A stretch of DNA of 63,117 nucleotides, counting the filler, from Choristocarpus tenellus KU-1152 (taxonomy: Eukaryota > Protista > Phaeophyceae), in assembly GCA_964200185.2 (NCBI GenBank). It is 9 parts of 9 records of this genome, joined end to end, with 100 filler letters (N's around TTAATTAATTAA, not from the genome) between each part and the next. Parts side by side here need not be neighbours in the genome. Positions count along the whole stretch, not along the records: positions 60,588 to 63,117 come from CAXNAD020027023.1; 8 more parts are not named here. One strand, given 5' to 3'. Every line of letters starts with the position of its first letter. Positions within the stretch are counted from its first letter, which is position 1. The notes beneath the pieces are model-generated. The model saw only the letters and a program-made list of their open reading frames with translations, had not been told where the DNA came from and searched no databases. This document shows positions 60,849-63,117 of this stretch, piece after piece. The position numbers were made by a program, and so were the translations under genes.

Positions 60849-62826
60849 AAAATAATGATATTTCGAACAAAAAATATGAACCTTTCAATACAAATACATG
60901 TGGAGTGGCTATGTTAATTTGTGATCCGTGTGTGGCAACATATTAGCCTTCAATATGCTGCATACATATTTATTGTTCACATGGAAAGACCAAACGAAAT
61001 TGACAGATGGACTCGTAGAACATGAAGTAGATATGGTTTGGACATCCCAGAAAAAAATGAAATTATCAGTCGTCATGGTTCGGACATGCAAGGAAAATGT
61101 TAGACTGGTCGGCCCGGACATGTAAGAGAATGTTTGATCCAATCCGGGCCACCCAAACATCAACCCAACAGGGGCAAAAAAAGTGCCAATACCTAAACCA
61201 CATACGGGCAATACCACGGACTTGAGTATTTCCGAGTCGGTGCTTAGCATATGAAGAGCACCCCCATTGAATTGGACGGTGTTGTCTGAGGGTATTGGCA
61301 ACTGGCTATTATGTGGTCAGATGTAGTGCTAACCCCCAATTTCGTCTCAAGAACGACTGTGTGTCCATGTTTCATATAATAATAGGAGAAAAAACTATGA
61401 AACAATAAACTGTAATGAAAATAAAATAATATGTAATTGTGTTTCTAAACAAGATAGTATTTTTTTTTAGTATTAATAGAAAGGAGATGGATGTGATTTT
61501 TTTTACTTGATTCTACAGAACATGCAGGGGTGGAAAGGAAATTGGTTTGAAATTGTCCACTTCCAAGCACAAACAAAAAATATATATAATATTATTATGC
61601 CTTCTAATATTTCAAATGTTGGAGGGAGAAAGCCAAACTAATATTACAACGACCTCTAAAAATGCAGCACTTGTCATAAACGCCACAATCATAAGATATA
61701 ATATATTGGGTTCAAATTCTTAGATTTGAACGGTGATTAGTATAACAACAGGGTTGGATTTTGATGATAAATGTTGACCTTCTCATATATATGGATTTGT
61801 TGACCTCTTCTTGCTATCTCCTTCTTTCATCGTGTGGAAGAAATTCTCTTCTCACAATCAAGGAACTATAAGAAGGATAGGAACCTACACCACCAAATTT
61901 GTTTTGTAATTTAAGTTTTGAAGGTATCTACGCAATATAAATTAGTTCAAAATGATCAGTGAATAAATATTTTCGAAATATCTCGGTTGTTCAATATATC
62001 AAATATTTTTATAGTAAAAACAAATATGGTATTATATGGGATTTTTTCAATACGATAAACATTTTCAATTTACTCAAATTTTGACACTACTCACTTGCAT
62101 CAAAATGATGTAGTCCTACGGAGAGATTTCACTCGTGAAATATACATAATTCCAAGATAATTCCAACAATAAGAGTCCTAACAACCATTACATTCAGTAA
62201 TATTAGTCAGTAACTTGTCGGTTGATTTTCCAGCCGGGGGTATAAATTATGGATCTGTTTTTGATATGCGGTGATCTGCATCCACATGATTACAGTTATA
62301 TTTTCTATATTTTTTTATTATAATATTCAATGAGTTATTCAGTAGTGTTCCAACTTGTGGAACATTTTTTCTTAACATTTTTGATAGACCTGAAACTACT
62401 ATAATGTCGAAATATAATCACTCACATCATTATTGTAGAAGCTAGAACATACTTTGAGTTATATTTGTTGTCAGATTCTTTCCGATATATTGTGCTTAGA
62501 CGGCATAATAATACAATATGTTGTACTTCTGTTGTACTTGTTTGTATCGTCCTGCAACTGACTCTTTGGGGTCATACCGTATACACTGTAATGTAGTAAA
62601 TTAAACAACTAACCCAGAGAGAAAATACGGAAATATTGAGAATTTATTGATGACCCTGATATGTATCGTTGAATTGGTCAAATATTTCCATGCGATCACT
62701 ACCAGTGTGGTGTGCGGTACTACCTGGTTGAGTGGAACGGCACGTGAGGAGTGGGCTCCCTAGGTGGGGGCAGGGGAAAGAAAACGTTGTGTCCGTTAAA
62801 ATTGTCGGACGATTTTCTTTGAGCAT

Positions 62827-63117
62827 ATGGAGGATTGTGTAGAGGAGGCGGTTGACGAACAACAAAATGCTGGAGATATTCCGGAGTCAGACGATAGCTC
62901 GAGTTCAGGAAGCTTCCAGTTGGCAACTCCCATGGCAACACCAGCTCGCTACCGTAGAGCTAAGGAAATACCAAAGAATTGGTCACTTGCTGGTATGGAA
63001 GGGACCCCACAGAGGTATGGTCGGGATGATGTCATGGATTTAGATAATGAGCTTGAAGGATTGAGACCCCCCCAAGGTTGCCCCCAGTCAACAGCCGAGG
63101 AAGTGGAAGGGGGGGGG
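62827..63117 (+). CDS. Probable start of a hypothetical protein (3' partial)
   Basis: ATG at 62827 opens 97 codons without a stop to the window end (MEDCVEEAVDEQQNAGDIPESDDSSSSGSFQLATPMATPARYRRAKE...), downstream of CpG-richer DNA. Confidence 0.5.
   Translation, partial: MEDCVEEAVDEQQNAGDIPESDDSSSSGSFQLATPMATPARYRRAKEIPKNWSLAGMEGTPQRYGRDDVMDLDNELEGLRPPQGCPQSTAEEVEGGG

Overview
Eukaryotic, intron-rich nuclear DNA (GT-AG introns, scattered TTAGGG motifs, plastid-type ABC1 kinase). I infer a photosynthetic stramenopile such as a brown alga or close relative. The window is not contiguous: nine short contigs are joined by eight identical artificial 100-nt linkers (N44-TTAATTAATTAA-N44), so gene order across linkers means nothing. 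Most entries in the ORF track are noise, and the real genes were rebuilt exon by exon. Complete genes: BUD13/CWC26 (7 exons, one probable GC-AG intron), a secreted MANF/ARMET-like saposin-fold protein (20-nt microexon) and an ankyrin-repeat protein. Partial or 5'-unresolved genes: ABC1K6-like kinase, TANGO6, a membrane-anchored bulb-lectin-like protein, HflX/GTPBP6, a GT31 galactosyltransferase and an ankyrin-TRP channel with apparent frameshifts. The non-coding DNA is rich in small DNA transposons. One ~257-bp GAG...CTC MITE family has 4-bp TSDs (Sola2-like, 4 copies), and one copy duplicated a splice donor on insertion. There is also a related ~175-bp MITE, an internally deleted Tc1/IS630-like element with a long palindrome (2 copies), a hairpin element, and Copia and LINE remnants. 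CpG is strongly depleted except near gene 5' ends. No CRISPR array, rRNA or intact tRNA was found, and I saw no clearly new multi-gene system.
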